DNA of 63,219 nt, filler included, from Reticulomyxa filosa (taxonomy: Eukaryota > Protista > Foraminifera): NCBI GenBank assembly GCA_000512085.1. It is 15 parts of 15 records of this genome, joined end to end, with 100 filler letters (N's around TTAATTAATTAA, not from the genome) between each part and the next. Parts side by side here need not be neighbours in the genome. Positions count along the whole stretch, not along the records: positions 1 to 1,851 come from ASPP01004580.1; positions 1,952 to 10,939 come from ASPP01019396.1; positions 11,040 to 15,077 come from ASPP01004533.1; 12 more parts are not named here. The stretch is one strand, 5' to 3'. The notes under the pieces were generated by a model. It saw only the letters and a program-made list of their open reading frames with translations, ran no database searches and had not been told where the DNA came from. Below, in pieces: positions 1 through 12,837 of this stretch; the stretch's first letter is position 1; every line of letters begins with the position of its first letter. The position numbers and the translations under genes were made by a program.

Positions 1-52
1 ATTGCTAACAATATATATATATATATATATATAATAATGAATGTTTATAAAG

Positions 53-1851
53 GACAAATTGAATTCACAATGCACGAATTGGAACAAATATGTGACAACA
101 TATTTACACTTTGCTCTGGCATTCGAGATAACGCGCTGCTGCTGAAAATGTTTGGACAAATGTCACAAGGAAAGCAAGTTGATATTGGAAGGGTGGAGTC
201 GCAACTTGGATCTGAGACCTCTTCGCGTGGACCTCCGCCCTTGGAAAGCTTTCGAAGCGTAAGCAACTTTGGCAGACTAGGCTCCATCAGCACCGATTTC
301 ATTGACGAACTGCTAGTCGATGAAAAAACTCCAAGTGAAAAAAGCAAAAGCAAACTGCAAAAGATTGACGAGGCGTCGCTCGAATCCAACCCTTTTTCGC
401 CTACGGCCGGGCAGGGAACCACCAATCCTAAAATCGAGTCCAACGCAACTCAATCGACGTCCGAAAAAGTAGAGCCTCCTACGTTGACGGCGAGTGCAAC
501 TGAAAAAGTGCAGCTAGAGGAGGAGGAGGAGGAGAAGAAGGAAGAAAAAGGGAATGAAGAGGAAAATAAGGACAATGATGACAATGAAGATTATGAAAAC
601 GATGCGGAATTGGCGTTAGATTTGGAGGCATTGGACGGAGACTCTGGATTTTGGAATGAGTTGATCGACTCGTTATGTACGAAGCTCAGTCCGAAAGGGG
701 GGGCCTCTGTGCCGAATGGATTTGGCACCGAAAGCAGCGGCGATAGAGAAGCTGCGCCGCCTATGGCGAGAAGAGAAAGCCTGCTAAAGTTGCCCCGACA
801 ACGGTCGAGTCTGCTCATGAGCATGGACCCACAAGTGATCAACCAAAAGAAGCTTTTGCAAGTGTCCCATGACGGAATGTCGAGCAAGGACTCGTCCAAA
901 GACGAAATGCGATTGTCACTCGATCTGTCGCCCATTGGCTTTCAATCCTTAGTTCATGCGTCCTATGTTGCCAAGACATCGTCCGGTTTGTGAGAAAAAC
1001 AAAACAAAACAAAACATTTGTCATCATTGCTACAAATAAATCACTTTTACGCAATTACATAATCTTTTATTATTTTGTTTTATTTGCAATTGAAATTGAA
1101 ATTGAAATTGAAATTGAAATTGGGGTTGATATATTGCAAAGGGGGACAAAGCATAGAGGAAATAATGAACGAAGACAACGAAGACTTGCTTTCAATGATA
1201 AGTTTGAGCAGCGAGTTTATCAACGACTTTAATCAGGACTCGATAATGGATCGCCGTGGCCTATCGAGAGAGACCACTTCTTCTGTACCTTTGCCGTCAA
1301 CCTTTTTGCGACTTTTTGAGAATATATTGATTGGGAAACACAAGAAGCTGCAACATGAAGGAATGGACTACTTTGCAGTGCTCCTGCTGGTGTGGATGAT
1401 TCGACAATCAGAAACGTCTCACATTGTGCGCCCAGAGGTCTATTATCACTTTGAAAAGGCGTTGCCGTCGGAATTGGTCATTGACGCGCACTTATCCAAG
1501 GACGCCGTGAAGGAGTTGAAGACGACCATCGATTTGAAGGAAATCAACAAGCAGTCGAAAGAAGACGATGGCCCCAAGAAGCTTGGATTCATCCAAGGGC
1601 TCAAAGGCAGAGGTCAAAGCTCGTCCATTCTCAATCGCTGGGGAAGGAAGCTCGGCTTCAAAGGCAGTCGACCTACTCGCCCAAAGCGTCAAAACACCAC
1701 CAAAAAGAATGTGAGAAAGCGCAAACAACAGAACAATCGAAACAAAGGCAAAGGGAGCAATAATGAAGATGACGACGACGATGATGATGATGATGATGAT
1801 GATGATAATGACGATGATAATAATAATAATAACAATAATAATAATAATAAT
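53..1851 (+). CDS. Uncharacterised protein, partial at both ends; low-complexity acidic regions; possible weak RGS-like segment
   Basis: ORFs 37-993 and 1075-1899 can be joined by a GT-AG intron (~986-1141) containing a (GAAATT)n microsatellite. The segment 'VYYHFEKALPSELVID' loosely resembles the RGS 'IY..FI...AP.EVNI' motif. A poly-D/N tail runs into the gap. Confidence 0.55.
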
Positions 1852-1951
1852 NNNNNNNNNNNNNNNNNNNNNNNNNNNNNNNNNNNNNNNNNNNNTTAAT
1901 TAATTAANNNNNNNNNNNNNNNNNNNNNNNNNNNNNNNNNNNNNNNNNNNN
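1852..1951. other. Artificial contig spacer (N-run, TTAATTAATTAA, N-run); first of 14
   Basis: The same 100-bp spacer with a six-frame stop recurs at about 10940, 15078, 19855, 21992, 25993, 29805, 37572, 39439, 44369, 49526, 51244, 53541 and 61910. Confidence 0.97.
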
Positions 1952-4298
1952 AAAAACGTTTTTTTTTTTTTTTTTTTTTCTGCCAAAAACAAAATACAGG
2001 TATTTGCCTCGAGATTGCCAATTTCCCTGGATGCGTCTAACACCTTTAATGCTAAGCTAGGATCGATAAGCCGCCCGTTGCCAGTAAAGGAGTTACTATC
2101 TCAATTACCATGAGTTTGCACCTCGGTATACTTAAAGCAACTGATGTCAATATACTCTATAAGTTTTAAAGCACTTCCACCTCTTACAGTCACACAACAC
2201 GCAAGATACATAACTGACGACAATAGCCCCAAATGGTGAAAAAGGTTTAAAACCACACAATACTAACAATATCACAAAAATCCAACTACTATATAAAAAA
2301 AATTTCGGACTTTGACTTGAGGATTCTTGTTGTGTTGAAACGACTTGACTTTTTCGACGAATTTGATATATATCGATATATCTACTTATTCTTAGTTTGC
2401 TTGAAGTGATCTCGAGATAATTTGACGATTTTTCACGATGACCGTTAATGATGATAATAAATTTTTTTTTTTTTTTCCAGTCTGATCAAAATCTATGTTG
2501 GTATTCCACAATTTGAAAAAGAAATGTTAATATGTTTTTGGTTATTGTTTTTTGTATTATATTTTTCTTTCAGACTTTGATACTAAATACTTTTTTTACT
2601 TTTAGTTTTGTTTAATGATGAATGCACGAATGTGCAAGTGTTGTTTTATTGATTACTTTGTAATACATTGTAATTTTAGTACTGTATTCCTTGTGATTGA
2701 AGTGCTTGGTTTTGATGTCTTTTCCCTTTCCTTTTCGTTTTGAAATTTCAATATTATAACTATCTCAGCTAAAAAAAAGTTCGATTGAATTATTATTTGA
2801 TAATATCCAAAGATAGATTTTCCTGATTGTATTTAGTGTAAAGAAGAAACTATCGATCATTTCCTGATTGAATCTTGCATTGATAAAACACAATCCATGC
2901 AAAAATCGCAACAGTATTTCATATAACAATTCTTGTGTCGGCTCACTACAATTCAAAAAGATTATTCATTTAAATGTGGTTTATTCAAGTGTGGATAATA
3001 TAGAAGCGTGAAACCAGATCTAAGAATTTGCGGAGCTCATAACAAGTACAGCTAATGATATTATATGTTTCTGAATTGAATACCAAAGATTAATGAAAAA
3101 CTTGAATTTCATAAATTTATTGTGTTAAGTGGCAGCATTGTATTCCTGGAAATTAAAAAGAAATATTGTGTTAAAAAGAACAAGATTTAAAGCCGAAGTG
3201 GACCAACCTGAGTTATTCCGAAGACCAGATCGAACAGCTTTATTCTTTCACGTATTAAGTGCATCTTCAAAGATAAAAGGAATACATTGCATTTTTGAGA
3301 TTGAGTCGCAGACATCCCAAACGAATTTGTACATAATATTTATAATGAAGCAAAACACATTTGAATTATGTATCGTGTATTTGTAAAATGTCTATCTTTT
3401 CTCGTATATGTATTCACGCAGCAAAAGCTTGAGTGCATATAGTTAAGCCAGATTACTGTATTATATCAAATTTTCTATAAACGCAGATTGCACTGATTCC
3501 CCATTTGCAATATTCAATGAACATTTTTTAACAAAATATCCAATATCAATAACTTAGAAAATTATTGCGAACATTTAATTCAAGACATTGAACATAATAA
3601 GTTTTGCTGAAACAATTGTCAAAGTTGTCAAAGTTTTTTGTGACTACTGGAAGAAAAAGTTCAATAAATTTGACAAACTTTCAACAAAATTTACTATTTT
3701 TCGTTTTTGGACAAATTGCAATTAATTTTATGTTTTTTCTTTAAATTTGAATGATATTGAAGAAGCATATATGTGAAAACTTAGTATTGATTGACAGCAA
3801 GTCATATCAGCTATATTTTGCCAACTGTCTCATTTTAATAAATTATCACAATTTTGAATGAGATTGTCAAAAAACGTGTGATCATTTAAAGCAAATGAAA
3901 ATGAAGTATGTTTACAATTCTCTTTTGTTTGATTGAAAAATTTGAGTGAAATTGTGTGTAATGTAATGAATTTTTGGGGGTCGATCAAACAGAGTAGCGA
4001 AATATTTTAAAAAGTATTTTCGTTGTTATGATGGAATGTTCTCAACAAGCGAGAATAAAGCAATTATCGTTTATTTATCGAACCAAAACAAGACAACACA
4101 GAAGTTAAACAATGAACCAATAATAATTTTTCGATCGTGTAACCTCACCATGTTCTGGCCAACTTGCGACTTTTTTTTTTGATCCTTAAAAAAGCGCGTA
4201 CTCTTTATCTCTTTGTATGAACAAAGGAATGCCATTGATAATTAAGAAAGTTACACATAAGTAGCGGAAACAATAAAGAATGGAAGCGATGATAAATG

Positions 4299-6324
4299 TT
4301 AAGAGCATGGCCCTTGAAAAGTCATGGAACTGCTCCCTTGGGCAAGGTCAATAATACCCTCGGTGGCCATCAAGATGAGGGCCAAGGTGATGATGGCTTG
4401 CACCGCAAAAACGACAATACTTTGTCTTCCATATCGTTTGACAGCGTAATTGACAACAGTTTGACCGATAAAGGTTCCAAGGGCGCCCACGACCATAAAA
4501 AAGAGCATGTAGTCTGTTCGCAATAAGCCTTGCAATTGTTTTTGCAAGGCACCACTGCTACTTGTGACGGCAACAGCAATTGCGCAAGTCGCAGACGAGA
4601 CCCTGGGACCAAGTCCCAATTCCAACAAAAGAGGACTGACAAGCATTCCTCCGCCAATCCCGAGCAGACCTCCTTTTTTTTTTTTTGTGAAAACGAGCAC
4701 AAGCAAAGAGAAAGATTCAATTGAAGTGGTATTCTCCTTCCTTTTTTTTTTTCAGTCGGGCGACGAACATAGCTGACACATGTGTAAGTGTACATGAATA
4801 CATGTAAAAGCCCACAGACATAGCCATTAGCAATAACCTAATATTCCGGCAACAGCAGCATAGATGGGATAAATGATGGCCTTTTGAGCATTCCAGTGGA
4901 TATCCTCTTTGTCGGGGACCCAGCCCAACTCGATTTTTTTGTTGAAGTCGCTCACGAGACGCCGCGTGAGCCAGATGGAGATGATGAACATACAGGGGAA
5001 GACTCCGAAGGTGTACCACCACCAAGAGGAGGAACAAGTAGCGACTTTGTAGAATATCCCCGCCTTTGCAATGCTAAATACGCTCGAAATGAGCCAAATG
5101 ATCGACATAGCGACGAAGGGCCAAAGTACTTGCGACTCGGCATTCACCAGTGCTATTAATTCCTGTAATTGGGCGCGAGTCAAGCGCTTGAGCGTCTCGT
5201 TGCCGCCAGTGTTGTTTTCCAGTCCACACAAAGTCATCAAATTGGCCCAGTCACGCTTCGAGCCGGATACCGACATTAGTGACATGCTCTGATCGTGAGA
5301 TATCTCAACATTCGTGGCACTGTCTTCGGCTATCTCTTGGATGTTCTCTCCCAGTTTTACACTCGCTTTTATTTTATTTTATTTTTATTTTTATTTTTAT
5401 TTTTTATTTCATTTTATTTCATATTAATGACTTATTGCTAACCTAGACTAAGACTGCTGTTCTTTTCAAGACTGACAGGAATGGAAGCGACGCTAACTGC
5501 ATTCTTCAACAAATGATGTGACGTTGTGGGAAGCACCTCCTGGTTGTATTGCTCTGCGTTTTCTGTCTTCCACAACTCCATCGCTTTTTTCATTGCGCGA
5601 TACGACGTGTATCCCAACACGACGACCAATAGCACCAATATCACGAGATTAGGTAACATCACATTCACAAACACTCCAATGATCGTTCCGACCAATAGCA
5701 TTGGCTCGAGGATCAATATCGTCGGCATATCTGCCAAGGTTCGGTGCACTCGACGCGGATGCGTTTGTCGAAAATTCATCGCCAAATTGACGATACTTCC
5801 CCCAAATATCGTTGCCAACGACAATGCTCCTGCCGCCTTCTCGTCAAAGCCTTTCAAACAATCACATTCAACACACTTGTCACATACTATGTAAAGCATA
5901 TGTCCGGGGGATGGAAACATACAAAAACAAAAAATTCAACATACGAAAACATCAACATAGACAAAAAGCTGAAAGAACCTTGGATTAAAATGAATATTGG
6001 CACAAACACTCCTCCTCCTCCGAGCCCTCCTCCTGCTGCGATTGCAGAACCAAACAGTACTGACAATGTGGACACAAGGTCCCGCCATCCAAAGTCCGAA
6101 AAAAATGGTCGCATTTCACAATGGCCGTTATGTCTGCATAAATCGCCTGTGTTTATTGTACAGTTTGCGTTGTCTATGCAGTTCACACATTCATGATCCA
6201 CACACAGCTGATACTTTACTATGGTCCCACATTCCGAATCTTCTGAACAAGCCTTCACACAAACCCTGTGATCAAACACGAATATCAATATTAATATTAA
6301 ACTAATGTACCACCGGATAAACAT
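4299..6324 (-). CDS. TauE/SafE (TSUP) family membrane transporter with signal peptide and Cys-rich N-terminal extension; 4 exons
   Basis: Two TSUP half-motifs: 'AAGGGLGGGGVFVPIF' and 'AG..GGLLGIGGGMLVSPLLLELGL.PRVSSAT'. Also 'AGALSLATIFGGSIVN' and 'LILEPMLLVGTIIGV'. ORFs 5887-6324, 5438-5920, 4827-5285 and 4299-4706 are separated by AT-rich introns. Confidence 0.88.
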
Positions 6325-6915
6325 TTTTTAGTGTTTTGGCGGTACAATAATTTTAAAAAAAAAAATGTGTGAAGGGAGTAGAAAAAAACGGAGAGCTAGG
6401 TCGGATCAGTATTTATTTGTAACAATCAAATTCAATTGTGCACATCACCAAAAACTTTGCAAGCAATGCCTATGCAGGTACATACGAAGTGAACAGTATT
6501 TACACAAAGGACATCCAAAAACTCGGGAAAAAAAAAGTTTACAAATTGAACGGAAAGCAATTACCACAGAATTAAAAATGAAAAGGACACTCCAAAATAC
6601 TATAAATGCATTTTAAACACTCGAGAAATCATGAAAGCAGAGAACTCGAGAAAAAATAGTAGAATCTCAAAAAGTACATTAAGTAGTTGTTTAATTAGAT
6701 AAAAAAAATGATTTGTGCAAGGAGGCTCTATTTTGATAATGTTATAATGAAGAGTTTGAATTGATTACCTGGCTTCTTGAACCTATTTCGCTGATACAGC
6801 GCAGACCATGTTCCGTTTGCTTTATAAAGTTGATACCATCTATCCCACATGCAAAGGGCTGTGCAAATTAAATAAACTGCTTCTTCGTTTTTTTACTACA
6901 GGCCCTTTAAGAAAC

Positions 6916-9900
6916 ATGCGGAAATATTGGACATTTTCGACAAGATTATTAGCATGTTTACTCTTTGTTTTGGCTGGTCATTCACAACAAACAAAAGTGG
7001 TACTAAAACAATGGACCTTGTATAACAAGAACGCCCCTGGAACAAAGTACGAAGTGGAAGTGCCAAGTACAGTGTTGGGAGGATTAGTTGAAAACAAAGT
7101 GTACACAGACCCATACTACTCACTAAACTTGTACAACATATCGAACGAGGTGAATGGGATGTTCGACAACCCATGGGTGTACACCACCTCTTACGCGTTG
7201 AATTCGAGTTCGAGCAGCAGCAGATACGTATTAAAATTGAATGGGATCAACTACCGTGCCAACCTATCAGTCAATGGCAAGCTCGTTGCAAACGACAGTA
7301 CAATGATTGGTACATTTCGTGCTTTTGAGTACGATATAACGAATTACATAGACGAGGCGAAGGAAATCCAGATTCAAGTGGAAATACGACGTCCAAACGA
7401 TCAATGGCTATCAGGCAGGGTATTCATATTTTGTGTACATATTTGCGTATAGCACGACTGCACGTTGATGATGACGTCACATACATAGGCGTAAGATGCA
7501 TGTATGTGTGCGATTGTTGTAAACATAAAAATGAAAGGCAGCAACACGACGGATTTAGCGATATCCTTTATCGATTGGAACCCATACGCGCCGGACTCGT
7601 CCATGGGTCTCTGGCAAGAAGTGGAGCTGACAGAGCTGCAAGGAGGTCAGTCAGCATATGTGACGATTGCAAATCCATTGGTGAACTCGACAGTGAATCG
7701 ACAAAGCAATAGTGCGATTCTGCGCGTGATGTGCGAGGTAAGCAACTACGACGATACAAGTGGGATGGTGGTGGAAGAGACGTTGTGTGCGTCGATCATC
7801 GATCCAAATACGAATGAAGAGATTGCACAACAATGTCAAAACATTAGCATTCCGTCCGGTACGTATAACGCCAAGGTGTTCTTTGCGCCTCCAATGGCAG
7901 TTGAGAATGTGCGTCTGTGGTGGCCTTATCATATGGGGACTCCTTATTTGTACGTACTGCGCTTTTTCTTTGCGACGACCCCTGACAACATACTGCTCGA
8001 ATCCAAGTTTGGCATTCGACAAGTCGAGTCAAAGTTAATAACAGCCTATCAGTACACGCTATTCCAAGTCAATGGAGTGGATATGATTGTCCTCGGCGGG
8101 GGGTACGCCCCAGATTTGCTATTGCAATTTGAGCAGAACGCACGCGACAATGACACGTTCATTCGTCGGCAGTTGCAATATGTTCAATGGATGGGCTTAA
8201 ACACCATTCGAATGGAAGGCAATTTCCAAAACGAACACTTTTATCAATTGTGTGACGAGTTGGGGATACTTGTTATGCCTGGCCTGCCTTGTTGTGACTC
8301 GTGGCAACATTGGTCCGATTGGACGTCGCAAACGTATTCTGTTGCTCAAGAGTAAGTTTATATATATGTACATATATATATGTGTATACGTACATGCATA
8401 TTTTGTGATCCAAAGGTCTGTTCGTAGCGTTGCAAAGCGGCTGCGTATTCATCCGTCAATGTTAGTATTTTTATATTCGAGCGACGATCTGCCGCCACAG
8501 GACGTCGAAAGTATGTATCTGCAAGTGCTGGAGGAAGAACAATGGCCCACGCCATTACTGTCTACGGCCTCCAATTACACCTCCGAAATCACCGGACCAA
8601 GTGGCGTCAAAATGTCGGGTCCATACGTGTGGGAGCCTCCAAACTATTGGTATTTGTCCACTCAACAATTGGTCCCTTTCCTATATGGAGCCCCACTGGG
8701 AGGAGCGTTTGGCTTTTTGACGTTTCGTCTCGATACACATACATTTATACGTGCGTAATCACACGTGTGCTTTATATTTATTTGCTACAGCGAAGGTGGC
8801 CCAGGCGCGTCGCCAATGACTTATCAAAGTCTGCTTGCAACAATCCCAGAAAATGAACAATGGCCAATTAGTTTCTATTGGGATTGGCATTGCGGAAATC
8901 AAAATGGGATGTTTGGCAATTTGGATTACTTCACTCCACCTTTGGACGCACGCTACGGCGTCAGCCACTCTGCACAAGAATATACATTCAAGGTGTGGAT
9001 TATATTAATCTCCACGTAAATGTATAATATATCTATATACATATGTATGCACATTTTGTTAAACTCAACACAAGTCTCAAGTCGCGGCGTATGAATCACA
9101 TCGCTCATTGTTCGAAGCCTATTCGCGCAACAAATATGAATATTCGACAGGCATAATTCACTGGATGCTGAACAATGCATTTCCTTCGCACATGTGGAAT
9201 TTATACGACTATTACTTAAACACTGGCGGCGCTTTTTATGGTACGCGAAAAGCGCTATGGGCGATGAACAACGAGCCCTATCATTTGCACGTCCAGTTTT
9301 CATACGACGACTACACTGTGGTGTTGATAAGCTCATTCAAATATTCCGTCTCCTCGCAAACTTTTATTGTCGGTGCTCGGGTTTGGGATTTGCTCACTTG
9401 TCACGTTTTATTTCAAAGAAATGTCACGGTTCAAAGCAATACTATTGCTCCTGATGATAGCATTCGATTGTTTTCTTTGTCCACAGTTTCCTTTCTTTTC
9501 TTTGTTTCATTTACAAAAAAATACATTTATTAATAATATATATGTATATATTTATATATGAATGGTTTTTTGATATTATTTGTGTATGTCCACAAAGGAT
9601 TGGAACACAACAGGAACAGTATATTTAATTGAATTGCGACTATGGAGTAACAACATGCTAATCGATGATAACACGTATTGGTTGGCCGACACAATGGACC
9701 GATTAAATTGGAATGCTTCCACTTGGTATCAAACCCCGGTGCTTAAGTACGCCGATTTCTTGGATTTGTCCAAACTCCCTACCATTCAATTGGTCACCAA
9801 TTTTACAACACTTAATGCGACTGACCAAGGATTTTTGACCACTACTGTCACTTTGTACAATCCTTGCTCTGATTGCATTGCATTCATGGTATATGCAAGA

Positions 9901-10071
9901 ATTGCTACTTCTCACAGCGCTTTGATCACACCAGTCGTGTGGACTGACAACTTTATCACTCTCTTTCCCAAACAAACCAAGGTCATCAATGCAACTTTCC
10001 CCAGTAGCTCCCTTCAAGGTTACTCACCTCTTGTTTTCATTGAATCTTACAATGATATTGCTCAGATGTAA
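6916..10071 (+). CDS. Secreted or lysosomal GH2 exo-beta-D-glucosaminidase (CsxA-like); 6 exons
   Basis: Signal peptide MRKYW...AGHS. Motifs 'GINYRANLSVNG', 'IDWNPYAPDSSMGLWQEV', 'LWWPYHMGTPYLY', 'MGLNTIRMEG', 'CCDSW', 'FLYSSDD' (SD acid/base of the CsxA subgroup), 'GVKMSGPY' and spliced 'AFGFLTEGGPG' (nucleophile). Introns at ~7415-7537, 8352-8415, 8722-8789, 8993-9074 and 9486-9597. Confidence 0.9.
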
Positions 10072-10884
10072 TTCTTTTTTTTTGTAACATTCTTTAATAA
10101 TGATCAATAAAATAAGTGAATACAAAATGGCTTCATAACATTTCATGTTTTCTTAGTTCTCAAAAGATAACAAAATGGCATCAAATACTAAATAGAACAT
10201 CTGAAATAGTTTAGTTTGAAATACAAAAGAGAAATGATAAAAGAATTTCTAAAAAAGTCTGACGGGGTTTGAGTTAAGAAAAAATGTAAAAACAAGAAAA
10301 GAGTGCCAGGAGTTCGAAAGCATGCAAGAGAATCCAAAAGATACCCCAAACAGCCAAAAGTAGAAATAATCGAGAATGGCATTGGCGTCACTCAAACAGT
10401 CAACGTTTCCAACCAAGTTATTTTACAAACACAAACCAACGATGCGATATTTTGTTAATAGAAGAAACTCCACTTGAGCTTGAACATTTCGTTTGAAATA
10501 TTTATTGACTTGGTGGCAATGCTGTAAAAATGTATTTTTTTCATAATATCTAATAACACATATTACAAACCAATCTGTCATCCATCAACTTTGGGTTTTA
10601 TCAACTTTTTTTTGTGGTAGCATTTTCCCAATAATACCTCTATGGGATTTGTGTGGTGGAGCATAGTCCAAATTGAGAAAAAAAGGAACAAAAAACAAAG
10701 AGAAGCCGGTGCAAATTCTTTTTGTCCGTGAACAATATCTAATAGCTACAAAAATAATAAGAGTTGATAACTTGAACAAAGGTACAATTTGTAATGATAG
10801 TAACTTAAAATTTCTTTAATAATATTACGATTATACAATTATTTTTGAAGATATGTTCAAAAAAAAAGAGCTTTGATTCAAATA

Positions 10885-10939
10885 CAGTATGTTGCAAAGA
10901 AAACTGAACGCATAAAACAATATCTTATGATGATAATTG
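10885..10939 (+). mobile_element. Tc1/mariner-type terminal inverted repeat (family A), truncated by contig end
   Basis: TA|CAGTATGTTGCAAAGAAAACTGAACGC. Near-identical copies at 11040-11077 (-) and 25911 (+). Confidence 0.75.
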
Positions 10940-11039
10940 NNNNNNNNNNNNNNNNNNNNNNNNNNNNNNNNNNNNNNNNNNNNTTAATTAATTAANNNNN
11001 NNNNNNNNNNNNNNNNNNNNNNNNNNNNNNNNNNNNNNN

Positions 11040-11077
11040 TATCGTTTTAGGCGTTCAGTTTTCTTTGCAACATACTG
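11040..11077 (-). mobile_element. Tc1/mariner-type TIR (family A), reverse orientation
   Basis: Reverse complement reads CAGTATGTTGCAAAGAAAACTGAACGCCTAAAACGATA and is flanked by TA. Confidence 0.75.
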
Positions 11078-11089
11078 TATATATTAACT

Positions 11090-12378
11090 TTATTTCATTA
11101 AACAGTATTTCATAATAATTTTATCAAAATCATCAATCCATCTTAATTTTATTTTGAAGCTTGAATCCAATATTGAATAATAAACTTCATTTCCTTTTTT
11201 AACTGTTCATTATTTGTTAATCCATTTTATACAACATAATTTATTTGTATTCATCAAAATAAATAATAAATAAACAAATCATTACCAACTGTGGAGTATC
11301 ACATGCACTCACTTTAGTCTTCACGAGAGTTGATACTCTTGTATTTTTATCATCGGCTCCAATGATGTAAATATCATTTTATTCTTCATCCAATACTGCA
11401 ACACAATCATATAATGTACAGGGTAACGCGTTTTGAAATGTCATCAATTTGTTTTCTCAAATTGAATACTTTTGCACTGAGTTTGAAACAACGGTACTAC
11501 TATATCCACCAAAGAACAAGATGATATCGTTGACATACACATATGCATATGTAAATAGTGATGCAATATCATCACAAACAGTTATTTCCTGAAATAGAAA
11601 AGTTTTAGTATCTTCATTATATTCAATTGATAATCCTGTCTTGAAACAAAACAACATCATTTGATAATTTTGTTGATTTTTTTGATTTGTTTTCATCATT
11701 TCTTGTACTTGTCCATTTTCTGATTTTGATACAAAGCATTGATACCATATTGAATTATTATCAGTTGGTAATTGATTATGTTTAATAAATTGAAATGTAT
11801 TTAAATCAAACACACTAATATTATCATATTTATAAGTGATAAATAACAAATTATTGTTGATTCCATCAATCAATGCACGCGCTCCTCGATAATCATAATT
11901 ATCTCTTCCAATGATAATTGGATTATTGTGATTGTCTGTGAAAGTGACCATTGATTGTAATTGCTTGATTTGTTTAATTTCTTTAATTTTTTGATTTATT
12001 GCTGTCATCACTCCAAACACTTACATATTTCATCACCAATGTATGTCTATTTTCTCCACCAAAAGACAACAAAGTGATTTGGTTATTGTCTTTGTCTTTG
12101 TTACTGTTGCTATCTACCAGTTTCACTACACAGTGTCCCCATAATGAAACATCACTTGGATACTCACAGACAAACGCGTATTCGTTTTTGAGTGTATGAT
12201 AAGAATAACAAGCTCTTTGATATGCACCTCCACAAATGATGAGTTCGTGTTTGTAGGACACATTGAGATTCAGAAAGTGGAATGGCAATTCCTTTAAAGT
12301 TTGAAAATGGGTATTAAGCTGTTGACTTCGTCCAGTTTCTCTTTTCTGAGAGTTTTGTGTTGCAGTTTGCTTGGCCAT
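11090..12378 (-). pseudogene. Kelch-like beta-propeller protein with C-terminal 'IIQYW...WIDDFDKII' cap; disrupted
   Basis: Kelch-type blades 'ELIICGG', 'LLSFGG', 'ARALIDG' and 'IILFFGG'. Frameshift near 12000, in-frame TGA at 11457 and a 1-nt deletion in the terminal cap exon (11090-11200). Confidence 0.75.
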
Positions 12379-12837
12379 GCTGTTGTTGTTTATGGAGTTT
12401 TTTTTAGTTTAATTTTTTTTAGAGAAAGGGGATGTGACACGACCCTTTCTGAGAAATTAAAAAATATTTGCTCTGGCATTTTTTATTTGGTTGATGAAAC
12501 ACAAAAAAATTGAACATAATTTGAGCAATGAAAATTAAAATGCATGAAAAATTAAATTATTTATCGAAAACTTTCAGTGGAAAAGTAATATCATTTACTA
12601 AACATTGTTATCTATCAACTAAAACTGAATTTGTGATAGTTTTGTTGCAATTAATCACTGACCTTTTTTGAAGTAATGAAAGTGTCAAAAACATGGGTAT
12701 TGTACCTTTTTTTGAATTAATTTGTTTAAATTTAAAAAAGTTCAATATGTGTAACTCTTCTAAAAAATAAAGTACAATAAGTTTATGAATCCAATAGAAG
12801 CTCTCACGAACTACGACTTGATATTTGAAAAATATTG

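Noticed and set aside
45-935. Antisense and alternate-frame ORFs overlapping real exons here and throughout the window
   Set aside because: They are shadow ORFs of GC-richer coding sequence with no recognisable motifs.
1896-1907. TTAATTAATTAA palindrome repeated 14 times, as a possible biological repeat or array
   Set aside because: It is always embedded in fixed-length N-runs and is a standard six-frame-stop contig linker.
1981-2450. GC-richer stretch that might be an exon or structured RNA
   Set aside because: No consistent reading frame or recognisable RNA family could be supported by eye.
6916-10071. Bacterial contaminant contig
   Set aside because: It has five spliceosomal introns with host-like AT microsatellites.
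11457-11459. In-frame TGA as selenocysteine or a genetic code change
   Set aside because: The gene also has frameshifts, and intact genes here (MAD2, USP, VPS16, mL46) use TGA as a normal stop.
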